NCBI GenBank assembly: GCA_964016885.1
Contig: OZ024745.1
Coordinates: forward strand, 129,146,001-129,210,000
Origin: Eledone cirrhosa
Taxonomy: Eukaryota
Direction: 5' to 3'
DNA: 64,000 bases
A program made the translations under genes and the position numbers. This document shows positions 1 to 14,730 of the stretch, in pieces (positions within the stretch are counted from its first letter, which is position 1; each line of letters opens with the position of its first letter). The notes below the pieces were generated by a model. It had not been told where the DNA came from, made no database searches, and saw only the letters and a program-made list of their open reading frames with translations.

Positions 1-557
1 ATTGAAATTTTTAACATAATGAAACTAGTTCGAGTATTACACTTTCAACAAACTTTAACTGTGGAACGAATTCGAAGACATAATTTTAACAAAATGAAAT
101 AATATTATGAAAAGCTATACATTTAAAATAAGAGCACTTATAAAAGACAAAATTTCCACAGGTCCCGCTAGCTATTATTACTGTAAAAGGTTATTATTAG
201 AAATATTAAGATTCATAAAAAAAGGGAACCATATGCATCTAAGAAATTCCTTATAACATTAATTTACTTTATGATACGAATTCGAATCGCATCAAGGCCA
301 ACCTTGTCTTTTCATCGTTTTGGTGGGTTGTTAGAATAAGAAAAAGATAAGTAGTGAGGTCGCTTGTGTCAACCACATCGCTTCTCACAAGACACAGCTG
401 ATTCTTGTTGAAATATATAACCCCTGTATCAATTGTAAGAACGCCACATTATTATGGTAAAAATGATACAAAAGACCATTAGTAAAGAAAGAAAAAAAAC
501 ACACTAAAAATAACTATTACTGTAATGGACTTTTTAAAATTTATTCATACAACTTAC

Positions 558-995
558 ATTTAGATATTCCTATATTTATGTTAGATTTTTTTTATGCCAA
601 TGTATTTGTGGTTGTTGCATTTGTTATAGTTGCTGCTTCTACTTTTACTAAAGTTGCTGCTTCTACTTTTACTAAAGTTGCTGCTTCTTCTTTTACTAAA
701 GTTGCTGCTGTTGTTGTTGTTGTTGTACATTTTAGCTGCTGTTGATGGTGATTCTATTAGCTGATGTTTGCTGTATTGGGAAATATTACTGCTCGGTAAC
801 AATAAGAAGGAAGAAAAAAAGTTAGTCAATATCCTTTATATAAAGAAGCTTTCACACACAAAAAAGAGAATCACTTTTAAGAGAAAAACAATCCTACAAA
901 AACAAAACAAAACAAACAGAAAAACTACAAAAAAAAAATTGCTTCTGGGGTCACGGGTGGAGGCAGGGTTTTACTATCTATATAGCTGATTGGTT
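558..995 (-). promoter_or_regulatory. Possible promoter and non-coding first exon of a gene running off the left edge
   Basis: Minus strand has CCAAT (993-989), TATATAGA (984-977), unique leader-like sequence and a donor-like GTAAGT at 557-552. No protein evidence. Confidence 0.2.
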
Positions 996-1129
996 GGCGG
1001 GTACGTTGGACTGTTGGGTGGATGGAAGCATAACTGGGGGTGGTGGTAGAAGTCAATATTTCTAGCATATTTTATCTTATTTTATTTTATTTTATTCTAT
1101 TATTAAGTGTGTGTCTGCGTTTTTCTTAG

Positions 1130-1515
1130 TCACCAGCACCACCAGCACCAACATCACAACCACTAGCACCACCAGCACCACCAGCACAACCAGCACCACC
1201 ACCACCACCACCATCTGCACAACCACTAACACCACTAGCACCACCACCACTATCACCACCCTCTGCACAACCACTAACACCACCAGCACCACCAGCACCA
1301 TTTCCACTAACACCACCAGTACCACTAGCACCACAACCACTAACAGCACCACCAGCACCACCAGCACCACCACTACCACTAACACCACCAGCACCACTAG
1401 CACCACCAATACCACCAGCACCACCAGCACCACCATCAGCACCACCACCAGCACCACTAGCACCAGCACCACTAGCACCACCACCAGCACCACCACCACA
1501 ACCACTAACACCACA
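1130..1515. repeat. (ACCAGCACC)-type trinucleotide-derived repeat; (GAT/GGT)n at 1873-2150
   Basis: Directly visible. Confidence 0.9.
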
Positions 1516-2640
1516 ATCAATCAGCATCAGCTTCGGCAAGACCATCAACGCTACTTTTTCCATTAAGATACCCACCATGTAACACACAACACCAACAACA
1601 GCAACAACAGCAACAACAGCAACAACAGTCGTTCAGGCAGTCTCTGTGATGACTCCTTCTGTTGTATTAGATTTTAAGCCAGAAGAAAGTGTCGGCAGCC
1701 ATCACATTTACTGAAGCAAATTAAGCAGAAGCCGGAAGCGGCAAAAATCTCGAAGCCTTTGATGTGAGAAAGAAAACAACAACAGCAACAAGAACACCAA
1801 CTGCAACAACAATAGCAATAGTAATATTATAATAACGATAATAATAATAAAAATAATAAAAGAAATAATTATAATGATGATGATGAGGGTGTTGGTGATG
1901 ATGATGATGATGATGATGATGGTGATGGTGATGATGATGGCGATGATGGTGATGGTGATGATGTTGATGATGATGATGGTGATGGTGGTGATGATGATGA
2001 TGATGATGGCGATGATGATGATGGTGATGGTGATGGTGATGATGGTGATGATGATGGTGATGGTGATGATGGTGATGATGGCGATGACGATGATGATGAT
2101 GGTGATGATGATGGTGATGCTGCTGCTGCTGCTGATGATGATGATGATGGAGAATGCATATAAATAAAGAAAGAAAGACGCAATGTACAGGTGCTAGTTA
2201 TAGCAGGACCTCACGTCAAAGAGTGGCTATATATACGTATGAATGCGTGCAATTGTGTAGCTGTATGTATATGCGTGTTTATATGTATATATGTGTGTAG
2301 CTGTGTGTGTGTGCGTATAATTGTGTAGGTCTTTATGTATATATGTAGGTGTGTATGTATAATTATGCAGCTGTGTGTGTGTGGGTGTATGTGTGTGTGA
2401 CCTTCTACCGATATCTTTCCGAACATCAAAGGAAGATGATTTTTTTCTCTTGAAGTAGAGGAAATAAAAACAACAAAAATCAACAACAAAAAACAAAAAC
2501 AAAAAACAAAGTAGACAAAAAAATAATAAAAAATAATATAATACAAGATAATTTTTTATATAAGAACAACTAGAAAAACAACAAAGATAACATTACAGAT
2601 AGGAAAGCAAAAACAACAATAATACACAGATGTATATTAA

Positions 2641-2671
<31 letters not shown>

Positions 2672-2693
2672 TAATATATATATATATATATTA

Positions 2694-2727
<34 letters not shown>

Positions 2728-2862
2728 AATAGTGATGACAAAATCTATGATGCAAGTAATTTGAGAAAAGTGAAGAAAAAATAAAAACAGGAAAGAACAA
2801 CCGTCGTATTCAGTTGGAATGAATAATAATGAATATAGAAATTCTGTAGAAAGATTCAAACA

Positions 2863-2929
<67 letters not shown>

Positions 2930-3181
2930 ATATATAGCAAAAATCACGAGCACTGTATCTCAAAATTATGTTTGAAAAGCATTAGAAATGCGTAACCGTT
3001 AAAAACTTAACACTGAATGCTAACTAATACTTATTACTCATTTATACTTATTCCTAATTAAACTGTTTTTCACTGGGAAAAATTTGTCAGCATTTTCTTT
3101 TCCTTTTTACTAATATATCACAACTCGTGTGTCACACCTCTATTTAAAAAAAAAAAAAAAAATATATATACATATATATAT

Positions 3182-3787
3182 AGTGGCTGACAACTCGTTT
3201 TCGAGTACGGCCACTACTTTATATCCATGTAGGAGAACCCCTACCGATGCGCTGAACGAGTGTGGCTTTTTAGTCCAGCCAGCGACTTGAAAACTCTGGT
3301 ACAAACACTACACTTCTGACAATTATTGACACACAGTGCTGGGCCCATGGTACCATGTGACGACAAGTGCAGAGAGATCTCCAGATATAAAGCAATGCCT
3401 GTGCCGTGAAGCTTTTATAGTGAGCAAAGGCACTGCACAAAGCCACTCCCACTCTCTTAACCAAGATGATATTTACCAAAAAGAAGAACAAGTCAACATC
3501 ATTGGATACCATCAGGGTTGCAGGTGTTATATCAGCGTTTTCCTTCTCCTAGAATTCTGCCTTGACAAAGGCTAAGGGGTCATCTCTCCCGTTGATTTTG
3601 GATGGCCATTGACTCTTATGAGCTCCTTTGCCCTTTGACAGGTTTTGTTTTTAGTCCTGCAGGATGTCCAAAGTACCCTCCTCACCAAGAAACCTTGGTG
3701 GGGTTGCCAGTTTAGTCGCCAACGACCCGACCATGAGACAGGTTGTACTGGGATACATGTTACCAGTAGCACCAACTGGTGACCTGA
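3182..3787 (-). mobile_element. Non-autonomous bipartite RTE-derived element (about 600 bp)
   Basis: The minus strand has an RTE-like 5' UTR (ggtcgttggcgactaaactggcaacccc) and a 3' end encoding a C2H2 relic CSVCTRVFKSLAGLKSHTRSAH. There are five copies in the window. Confidence 0.7.
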
Positions 3788-3823
3788 CATATATATATAT
3801 ATATATATACATACATACATATT

Positions 3824-4110
3824 AAAAGTACAATCCATTAATGGAACAGTAAAAATATGTAAAACATTCCAAAAATGTTGCATCTAATAACTGCATATAC
3901 ACATGTACAGATACAAAGCATATACACATGCACACATACAACTCAAAACATACAGATCCACACATACAATAACATCCATATCTACACATGCATACATATA
4001 TAATCTACCTAGTTGATGTGTAAATTCCAATGAGAGAGTCTTGTGTCTATGTTAGAAACCGACTCTCTCTCTATTGGTAAACATTTGTGAAATTATAAAA
4101 CCAGAAGAAC
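3824..4110 (+). mobile_element. R4/Dong-like element 3' fragment
   Basis: Near-identical to the reverse complement of 54111-54390 (VQSINGTVKICKTFQK* + UTR), with (CATA)n on both sides. Confidence 0.78.
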
Positions 4111-4208
4111 ATACATATGTACATACATATATATATATACATACATACATACACACATACATACATACATACATACATACATACATACATACATACATAC
4201 ATACATAC

Positions 4209-4239
<31 letters not shown>

Positions 4240-4260
4240 CATACATACATACATACATAC

Positions 4261-4611
4261 ATGGTGGCTGCCAACTCGTTTTCGAGTACGGCCACTACTT
4301 TATATCCATGTAGGATAACCCCTACCGATGCGCTGAACGAGTGTGACTTTTTAGTCCAGCCAGCGACTTGAAAACTCTGGTACAAACACTACACTTGTGA
4401 CAATTATTGACACACAGTGCTGGGCCCATGGTACCATGTGACGACAAGTGCAGAGAGATCTCCAGATATAAAGCAATGTCTGTGCCGTGAAGCTTTTATA
4501 GTGAGCAAAGGCACTGCACAAAGCCAGTCCCACTCTCTTAACCAAGATGATATTTACCAAAAAGAAGAACAATTCAACACCATTGGATACCATCAGGGTT
4601 GCAGGTGTTAT
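4261..4611 (-). mobile_element. RTE-derived non-autonomous element, 5'-truncated, with (ATGT)n tail
   Basis: Near-identical to 3182-3530; the tail is 4110-4260. Confidence 0.7.
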
Positions 4612-4764
4612 ATACATACATACATACATACATAGATACATATATAATGAGTCAGACTCACTGCATCATCTAAATCGGACTTAGGCATAATTAGCAAACA
4701 CATATTAGATAGAATTATACCACTACTTAAAGTTAAATCACACTTTACATACACACACACACAC

Positions 4765-4810
<46 letters not shown>

Positions 4811-4814
4811 GGGT

Positions 4815-6074
4815 GTGTGTATCCTACAAAATAACTACTTCACATTCAATGGTTCAACATACAGACAAGTATCAAGTACGGCAATGGGCACGAAAGTAGC
4901 ACCCACATATGCAAACCTAGTCATGGGATTCCATGAACAACAAATATACAGTCAGTCCCTTCTCTTATTTGGAGACTCTTTCCACACACACCTCAAAGCC
5001 AATTGGAAAAGATATCTAGACGACTGCTTTATCCTATGGCAAGAAGACATGAACTCACTTACTACGTTTAAAAACATGATAAACAACATAGATAATAACA
5101 TACAATTCACAATGGAATCCAATCCTAAGGAATTAGCCTTCTTGGATATTCTCATCTCTGTAATAGACGGGAAATTAGATACAGATATATTCTATAAACC
5201 CACAGATTCCAAGCAATACCTCTTTTTCACATCAAGTCACCCAAAACATACAAAACTTAACATTCCTTACAATTTGGCCAAACGTATATGTACCATAGTA
5301 TCAGATCCACCTAAACGGGAGCAAAGACTAAAGGAACTAAAAGACACCCTTATCTTAAGAGCCTTTCCACTTGAAATAATCAACAATGGAATAGACAGGG
5401 CAAAACACCTAAATCCCCATCAACTTAACAATCCAAAACAGAAAATCACACTCAACACCCTGCCATATGTATCCACTTTCAACCCCAGAAATACCGAAAT
5501 GTTTGATCACCTACACAAAAACCTCCCCATCCTACTTAAAGATGAAAAAATGAAGTCTATTCTTGAAACACACAAGATCCTTAAAAGTAAAAGACAACCC
5601 AAATCACTTAAACGCATTCTCACTGGACCAAATATACCCAAACCAATCCTCAACGCTACAGTTACCAAATGTGGTAGAACAAACTGTGGAACGTGCCTCT
5701 ACCTCACTGAAGGACAAACATTTACATTCAAAGATGGCCAAACATTTACAGTAAAAAACAATTTCACCTGCAACTCGGAGAACTTGATTTACGCAATAAC
5801 TTGCGGTGGGTGCAAACACAACTACATAGGACAGACGGGCACCTTATTACGCAAAAGAATGACCATCCACCGCCAACGAATCCGGGACGCTAACACAAGA
5901 AAAATCCCCTTGAGCAGCCATATTGCGAACTGCGCAGGAATGACACTACCCAACTTTAAAATCTTCCCCTTCTACAAGTGCTCAGATTCGTTCACACAGC
6001 AACAAAGAATAAACAAAGAAAATCTATTCCTCAACAAATTTAAACCAAAACTAAACGGGTTATCACCCCAATAG
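4815..6074 (+). mobile_element. Penelope-like retroelement (Neptune-type) ORF, 5'-truncated: RT C-terminal half + thumb + Cys linker + GIY-YIG endonuclease
   Basis: 419-aa uninterrupted frame with QVSSTAMGTKVAPTYANL, RYLDDCF, FLDILIS, YKPTDSKQYL..SSHP, CGRTNCGTC, NLIYAITCGGCKHNYIGQT, RKRMTIHR and KENLFLNKFKPKLN. It begins directly after a (TA)n tract with no true ATG. Confidence 0.93.
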
Positions 6075-6359
6075 AATTGTCATAAAATATAAACACACAT
6101 ACGCACGGAATCACTACTATTAAAGACCAGAGACCAATTCTGTAGAATCAGGTTTATTCATTGACAGACCATGCCTTTGTGTGACCAACACATCCATGTT
6201 AAACCCTGCACGTGCACACACATATATCTATATATATATGCGCACACAGAATTCACCACTGTCGGTTGCGGGGCCCAATCTACATGAAGAACTCAATGTG
6301 ATCAGAATGACTTCTATTTTAATTTCACTGCCCCAACTTCTTATATTATGGAAAAAATA

Positions 6360-6527
6360 TATGTGTCTGTATGTATATATATATATATATATTTGAAGGC
6401 CATTTCTCTGTGTGTGGGTGTATGTATGTGTATATGTGTGTGTGTGTGTATGTGTGTGCATGTGGATGTATGTATTGTGTGTGCGTGTGTGTGTGTGTGT
6501 GTGTATGTGGGTATCTGGATGTATGCG

Positions 6528-6589
<62 letters not shown>

Positions 6590-6720
6590 TGTGTGTGTGT
6601 ATATATATGTGTGTGTATGTGTGTATATATATGTGTGGGTGTGTGTATGTTTGTATGTGTGTATGTATATATATATGTGTGTGTGTGTGTATATATATAT
6701 GTGTGTGTATGTATGTGTGG

Positions 6721-6760
<40 letters not shown>

Positions 6761-6763
6761 GTG

Positions 6764-6794
<31 letters not shown>

Positions 6795-6831
6795 ATGTAT
6801 GTGTATCTGGATGTATGTGTATGTATATATA

Positions 6832-6900
<69 letters not shown>

Positions 6901-7020
6901 ATGTGTATATATGTGTGTGTGTGTATGTGTGTATGTATATGTATGTGTATGTGTATGTATGTGTGTATATGTATATATATGTATATATATATATGTATAT
7001 GTATATGTATGTATGTGTGG
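6360..7020. repeat. Compound (TA)n/(GT)n tract
   Basis: Directly visible. Confidence 0.9.
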
Positions 7021-7361
7021 ATGAAGGTATGTGAGTATATATAGGTGTAAGTGCACTAAATCCCTTTCTATCACGCTCCACTCTCCTACCCATCACAGGA
7101 AGATATGTGTATGTATATTGCTTCCACCCCCTCACTGACCAGCAGCTGGCCAGTTGGTGATTGCTAAATCTGACCTTTATAAAATAACCCACACCCTAAA
7201 TAACTTCTCATTCACTACCAGAAAGGGACACAGCAGTCAACCTGTTGTTGCTACCTAGATGAAAACTGCTATGAAATCCCACAATGAATTTTATACTTGA
7301 ATTTTCAAGTCTCAAATTTTAACTCTTCGTATTATTAATTTTTCTTAATATTAATCAACAT

Positions 7362-7400
7362 TTGAAAAGATGGCTTTTGCAGACCCATCGAAACCGGTCA
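7362..7400 (+). ncRNA. Degenerate minimal hammerhead motif in putative PLE terminal repeat
   Basis: TTGAAAA-GATGG-cttttgcagac-CCATC-GAA-ACCGGT-C. Stem II is perfect, stem III is palindromic and the GTC site is present, but the CUGANGA core is mutated. Confidence 0.4.
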
Positions 7401-7540
7401 TTTTTTATACCCTTTATTATTTCCTTACCTTATAAAATTATGTTTTTTCACAAAAAAGTATTCTGTCTCTTATATATTCCATGTGCCATTACCAACCTCG
7501 ATTTTCTCTATAACCTTCGTTGTGTGTAGAAAATTACACT

Positions 7541-7609
<69 letters not shown>

Positions 7610-7875
7610 TGTATGACCCCCGACAGCAGAGCTCAAGCCGTTTCGACGGCTATAGAAATAGCCGTCGAAACGGCTTGAGCTCTGCCGTCGGCTCATACAT
7701 TTTCCTATTACCCACTCTACAACCCTAAGTATTGAGTACTCTGGTGCGTTATGGTCCATCTGGTTCCTTACCACACTTCCTTCGTTATATGTATATATAT
7801 ACCGCGCAATGTTTTAATTCAAATATATAAAACTATTATTCAAGTTCAGTGGAAATATGTTATAGAGATTTACGA

Positions 7876-7943
<68 letters not shown>

Positions 7944-7974
7944 ATAGTAGTAGTAGTAGTAGTAGTAGTAGTAA

Positions 7975-8014
<40 letters not shown>

Positions 8015-8159
8015 TGTAGTGGTGGTAGTAGTAGTAGTAGTAATGGGGTGGAAACATGAAGTACAATACACAATAGAAACAATAAGGAGGGCCTTAGAGA
8101 TTTACATAAAACGTACGAAAAGCGGAAAACAGGTAAGAATAAACAATAAATAACAACAG

Positions 8160-8540
8160 ACTTCGCCCCCAAGAGTAGTTTAGGAAGCCCACAGACCAGA
8201 AAGCAGCCTAATCAGAAAGAGCACCATAGGAAGCTGCCTCTCTCCTCTCTGAGCTCTGAGTAGGACCATTCATTTAGGCCATCAGAGCTATATTCACACA
8301 CATTTTAACAAATGTATTCTCTTTCCGCCCTCAACTTCCTTTCCAAGTGGTGAGGATTTGGCGGAAGAGGAAAGCGTGCTTTCAGTCCTATCAGTTGGGT
8401 CCACCACAAAACCTCTTTCGTTACAGTCACCAGAGTAGCATTGTCAGAAGAGGGATTTCTGGAAATTATCCTCAATCCCCGGACTGAAACTCCCCCGGAA
8501 CAGTCAAGCTAGTTCGCTTTCCTCGACACTTGGAGTCTCC
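8160..8540 (-). mobile_element. Old Tx1/L1-like LINE 3' fragment
   Basis: Minus-strand LVTVTKEVLWWTQLIGLK..HLERKLRAERE..FVKMCVNIALM. Confidence 0.55.
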
Positions 8541-8769
8541 TCAAGCTTCACTCCTTACACCCATTATGATATATCGCATAAGATGGAGGCTGTCGATTAA
8601 ACAGACCTCAGCACTAGATTGGTACTCTAACTTATTGTCACTGGGATGATAAAAGGCAAAGTTGACTTCGCTAGGATTTGAACTTTGACCGAAAAGCGCA
8701 GGAATACCGCAATGGCACTTTATCCGATGTTTCAACAATTCTGCCAATAGACCAATAATATTAATTATA

Positions 8770-8801
<32 letters not shown>

Positions 8802-8809
8802 AATAGTGA

Positions 8810-8840
<31 letters not shown>

Positions 8841-9423
8841 AAGAAGAAGAAGAAGAAGAAGAAGAAGAAGAAGAAGAAGAAGAAGAAGAAGAAGAAGAAG
8901 AAGAAGAAAGATGATGAAGAAGAAGAAGATCAACAACAACAACAACATCAGCAATACACAAACAAGGGGAAAATGAAGAAGGAAAATAAGAATGAGAATA
9001 AAACGATAAAGATCGTGATCAAGATGAAAACGAAGAAGGAAGGAAGGAGAAAATGAGATAAGAGAGAAAGAGAGAGAATGGCTATGTTGTTATAGATGGA
9101 ATCAAAGAAAATGAAACAATGTATGATTATTGTAGAATATAGAGACAAAGGGAAACAATGGCCAAAGATTGGAACTATTGATTGGTCTTACAATTGAAGA
9201 ACGTGTAGTGTGTGTTAGAGGGGTGCACGACTTTGTGGTGGGTACGTATACGTATATGCATATGAATATATATATATATATATATATACTACATGCATAC
9301 ATTCATATACATACATGCACACACACACACAGAAACACATACATATATATATATATATATATGCATACATATATAAACACACATGCACAAACACATACAC
9401 GCACACATATGTATATATACATA

Positions 9424-9495
<72 letters not shown>

Positions 9496-9590
9496 AAGAG
9501 ATAGATAGATAGAGAGAGTACAGAGCTATTTAATTACATAATATTACATAATCATTCTGTAAATATATATATATATATATATTTTTTCGA

Positions 9591-9660
<70 letters not shown>

Positions 9661-10071
9661 CATACATATATACATATATCGAACATGTTAGCTAAGCGGG
9701 GTTGTTTTAAACATATCAAATAATAGATTATACACTACTCGGTCTGTCTTTATGTATTTCCCATTCCTATATTTCTATTATGCCTCCGTACTATTCTTCT
9801 CTTTCTATACGCCATAGACGATATATATATATATTTCTACTTTTCCACCTTTGACAAATATACTGCGCACCATTTATATCTATCATTCCTTTTCAGTTGA
9901 CGCATTTTAGTTTCTAGCATTTTTCTCTTATATTTTCTGGTCCTCTTGTATTTATGTAATTCGCAGAAAGGCGCATCTCATTCTGGTACTACCTGTTTTG
10001 TTGAGACCCAATGTGCACTGGAATAAATAATGTCAACCTTGATGCACAGAATATATGCATATATCAGTATG

Positions 10072-10197
<126 letters not shown>

Positions 10198-10864
10198 TAT
10201 AGAGATAGATAAATAGATATAGATATATGCATACTTATATATGTATATATATATATATATATACATATATATGCATATATATATATATATATGCATATAT
10301 ATATATATATATATATATGCATATATATATATATATATGCATATATTCTGTGCATCAAGGAAAACATTATTCTGAATACACTGAAGTACTAAATATTTCA
10401 ATAATATTTTTCCAAACATTTTCCCCAAAAATATACACCGACGTATCTATATTTCAGGAAATGCGTTAGTTGCAAGGTGGTTGTTTAACACAATCGGTAG
10501 AGCAACGAACACAATGTAATGTGTTATTTGTACCATTTCCTTACATTTTGAGTTCAAATCTGGCCGAGTACACTTTCCCATTTCATCTTTCCGGAGTCGA
10601 GAAGCTAAAATATAACTCAAGTTCTGGCAGCGATATAATTGTCTTCCTCTTCCGCCAAACTTTTGACCTTGTGTCTAAATTAGAAATCAATTGGCAGTAT
10701 CGGTAGAGAGTTGGACGCCATGCTTTCCAGCATCCTTTACGGTCTGAGTTCAAATCCCGCCGAGGTTCATTTTGCCTTTCATCCTTACAGGGTCGATAAA
10801 AAAGTACCGGTAATGCACTAGATAATTGCTGGCCTTGTGCCAAAAGTAGAAACAATTATTATAA

Positions 10865-11080
10865 TGCAGTGCGTGTCCGAGGTGTGCACAGAAACCGTCG
10901 TGTGCACGCAGGTTCATTATTTAAGCATTGCTAACTTTTGGAGTTATATCGAACAGATTCTGTCACGCGTCGGACAGATCCTGTTTTCAGGTGAGTAAAT
11001 TGTAAAGATCGATCTGTCACCGCCCTTGGTAGAGAAGGGCAGGCAATATTTATTTGACTGGTGGCTATGGCCAAAGAGTA
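10865..11080 (+). mobile_element. Old Tx1/L1-like LINE zinc-knuckle fragment
   Basis: CPRC then (frameshift) ETVVCTQVHYLSIANFWSYIEQILSRVGQILFSGE*IVKI. Confidence 0.55.
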
Positions 11081-11883
11081 CTCAAACTATACGGTCATAT
11101 AAATAGATCAACTCGTGGTGTGAGTAGGTTAAGCCTGGAAGGAAGTTTGGCTGGTAAGAGAAGGAAAGGCCGGCAGCCAAAACGATGGCTTGATAATATC
11201 AACCTATGAACTGAACTTGATCTTTGCTCTTTAAACCCTGCTGTTGGTGATCGAACTTTGTGGAGAAAAATATCTCATGTTGATGCGCAGTCTGCAACTG
11301 GCGAAGTTTAGCGTCAAAGTAGTATAGCGAAAGATATTGTATGGTAGACGAAATAGAAGGGGCTGAAGATACTTTAGCTAAGCCTTCATTAACTTTTTCA
11401 GGTTTCATTTGAAAATGGAAAATCAGGATACAGAGGGAAGTGCTGCCGGCCAGCAAATTTCTCGAAAGGTAAATGAATGGGTTAAGAATGGTCACCGAGA
11501 ACGGTCTGGTTTGAGTGTACATCAGTAGATTGGAGAAGAACAACAGAGAGACAGTATTCGGTAGAGCGTCGGACAAAATGCTTTGCAGTATCTAGTTATG
11601 GATCTTTATGGTCTGAGTTCAAATCGCACCCAGGTTAGTTTGCCTTTCATCCTTACAGTGTCGATAAAATAAGGTACCAGTCACACACTGGGGGTTGATT
11701 TAATCGACTTTCTCCTTCCCTTCAAATTGCTGGCCTTGTGCTTAAATCAGAAAGCAGTTTTAGCCTTTGTGGTCAGAGTGACCGTGGATTTTTGTGGGTT
11801 TTTACAAGAGTAGCCCTCAGAAGTCTACCCTATTAGGTAGTTTTCTTTGTTTGTAATAAACTCATTGTGTTATTTCTCATTTT

Positions 11884-12078
11884 TAAGGCGGTAGATTGGC
11901 AGTATTGGTAGAGGGTCGGACGCCATGCTTTGACGCATAGAGTTACGGTCCTTGCCATTCTGAGTTCAAATCCCGCCGAGGTTTACTTTGCCTTTCATCC
12001 TTACGGGGTCGATAAAATAAAGTACCAGTAATGCACTGGTGTAATTGCTGGCCTTGTGTCAAAAGTAGAAACAGTTAT
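11884..12078 (+). mobile_element. tRNA-derived SINE with Deu/Nin-like core (dominant family). Other copies: about 270-340, 8560-8755(-), 10470-10690, 10690-10860, 11525-11760, 19105-19295, 20125-20230(-), 25070-25260, 33995-34125, 37655-37830(-), 38145-38355(-), 42505-42665, 46710-46890(-), 48330-48540(-), 58245-58305(-), 60655-60722(-)
   Basis: A-box-like tggcagtattggta, B-box gagttcaaatcc, core tttgcctttcatccttacggggtcgataaaataaagtaccagt and 3' ttgctggccttgtgccaaaagtagaaac. Confidence 0.85.
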
Positions 12079-12403
12079 TTCTCATTTTTACACGTTTCCA
12101 TAAAACCACGCTGTATAGTATGGTACCATCATCAATGTACTTTTAGGAACAGCCTTGTACTTAATTGTCGTTGTTGTTGATGTTGTTGTTGTTGTTGTAG
12201 TTGTTGTTGTTGTTGTAGTTGTTGTTGTTCCGCTTCTTACTTTGATATATGTTACAACTCCTCACTCTACTTATCATAATCCGTTACAGAGAGAAGATAT
12301 GTTGATGAAATGGACATTGTGTTAGTTCTGTGACTGACTGTATGTGTGGGTGTGTGTGTATATATGCCTGCCTGTGTGTATACGTATATATATATATATA
12401 TAA

Positions 12404-12471
<68 letters not shown>

Positions 12472-12500
12472 AGTTAATGATATATATATATGTATGTATG

Positions 12501-12551
<51 letters not shown>

Positions 12552-12580
12552 AGTTAATGATATATATATATGTATGTATG

Positions 12581-12610
<30 letters not shown>

Positions 12611-12613
<3 letters not shown>

Positions 12614-13132
12614 AAGTATGTATACGTACATACATATATGTATACAGACGTACAGTAGTATGTATATATATATATACATACATGCACACATATATATATA
12701 TGTACGTATGGGTTTACGAACATTTATTATAATGCTCGGTTTGTTTGTAAACAAACATCCCGAATTAAGCCGTACAGTGTTTAGCAACCATCGTTGCCCT
12801 TTTGTTCAATCATCTGGCAGGAAGGTATACGGTGCTGACGATAGCTAATAACCTTGAAACTAGTACATCATTCCTTCGTCAGTGTTGAACAAAAGGGCAA
12901 CGATGGATGCTAAACACTGTACGGCTTAATTCGGGCTGTTTGTTTACAAACACACCGAGCATTATAATATATGTTCGGTAAATCCATACGTACATATATA
13001 TATGTGTGCATGTGTGTATATATATACATACTACTGTACGTCTGTATACCTATATGTATGTACGTATACATACTCATATTTAAGTAACAGCCGTACTAAG
13101 AGTGAGAAATGAAATTTCGTTTTATTTTTTCC

Positions 13133-13137
<5 letters not shown>
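12611..13137. mobile_element. Family D foldback element; internally deleted copy at 62503-62806
   Basis: About 200-bp inverted arms 12611-12809 and 12885-13080 around a hammerhead-containing loop, plus a tail to (TA)n. Confidence 0.78.
12821..12877 (+). ncRNA. Minimal type I hammerhead ribozyme (family D) in the loop of a foldback
   Basis: gaagg tatac ggtg-CTGACGA-t ag ctaataac ct t-GAA-ACTAGT-A-catc att ccttc. Stem I has an internal loop and stem III is palindromic. Confidence 0.65.
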
Positions 13138-13211
<74 letters not shown>

Positions 13212-13843
13212 AGTGAGACAGTCTACGTGTGACAATGTATGTATGTATGTGACAATGTATGTATGTATGTCGGCCTGCCTGTCTGTCTCTATGTCTGTCT
13301 CTATGTTTGTCTGTCTGTATGTAAGTATGTAAGTAGAGGTTTGCAAGATGCCTGTTGGTGCCGATGGACGTAAAGATATATATCAAAGCTGTAGAAATAT
13401 CACGGAGAATATGATTAAATATAAGGGAAAGCCATTAATAGAAATAACCATTATTATATCGAAATCTTTTGTATTGTCATCTTCAGAGTGAATCTCACAT
13501 TACAGAGCTGAGGAAGCATTAGTGGCTTATTTTTCCTTTTTAGTATATGTTGCATTATTAACATTTGCTTTTTACTGTTACCCACTAATTGTTTTGTTTT
13601 GTTTTTCTGGTGTTATTTCTCTTATTGTTCTTAGACATTTCTTAAGAAGTGTTTATCCTTCAACCGAAACGAAATAGGGAAATGACTTAGGTATTAAATA
13701 ATAATAATAACACAAAAATTTGTATGATCTTAGCAAGCCTAGTAAATTTGCAACGTGATTCTAATATATAGTTAAAGCCAATTCGCACCATACAAACCGT
13801 TAATGGTTTAGGGTAAACTGTCCTGTAATCTTAGTTCACTCCC

Positions 13844-13910
<67 letters not shown>

Positions 13911-14129
13911 GTGTGTGTGTATGTGTGTAGATCCCGAGTTAAAATGGGGGAAACCGCGGTTAAAATGGTACTCAATACAGTAGTTGAGTGTAAACATCAT
14001 ATTTAAAATAGAAATGACTTCGTCAAAACTAGAACCGTTTCATTCGTATGAAATCATTCTTGAATCATTCTTGAAAGAGTTCTAGTCCTATAGAAACAAT
14101 TTCTATATTAAATATGATATGATATGATA

Positions 14130-14730
<601 letters not shown>

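Noticed and set aside
11884-12078. SINE heads as tRNA genes
   Set aside because: A and B boxes are present but there is no cloverleaf, and they are attached to a SINE body in many decayed copies.
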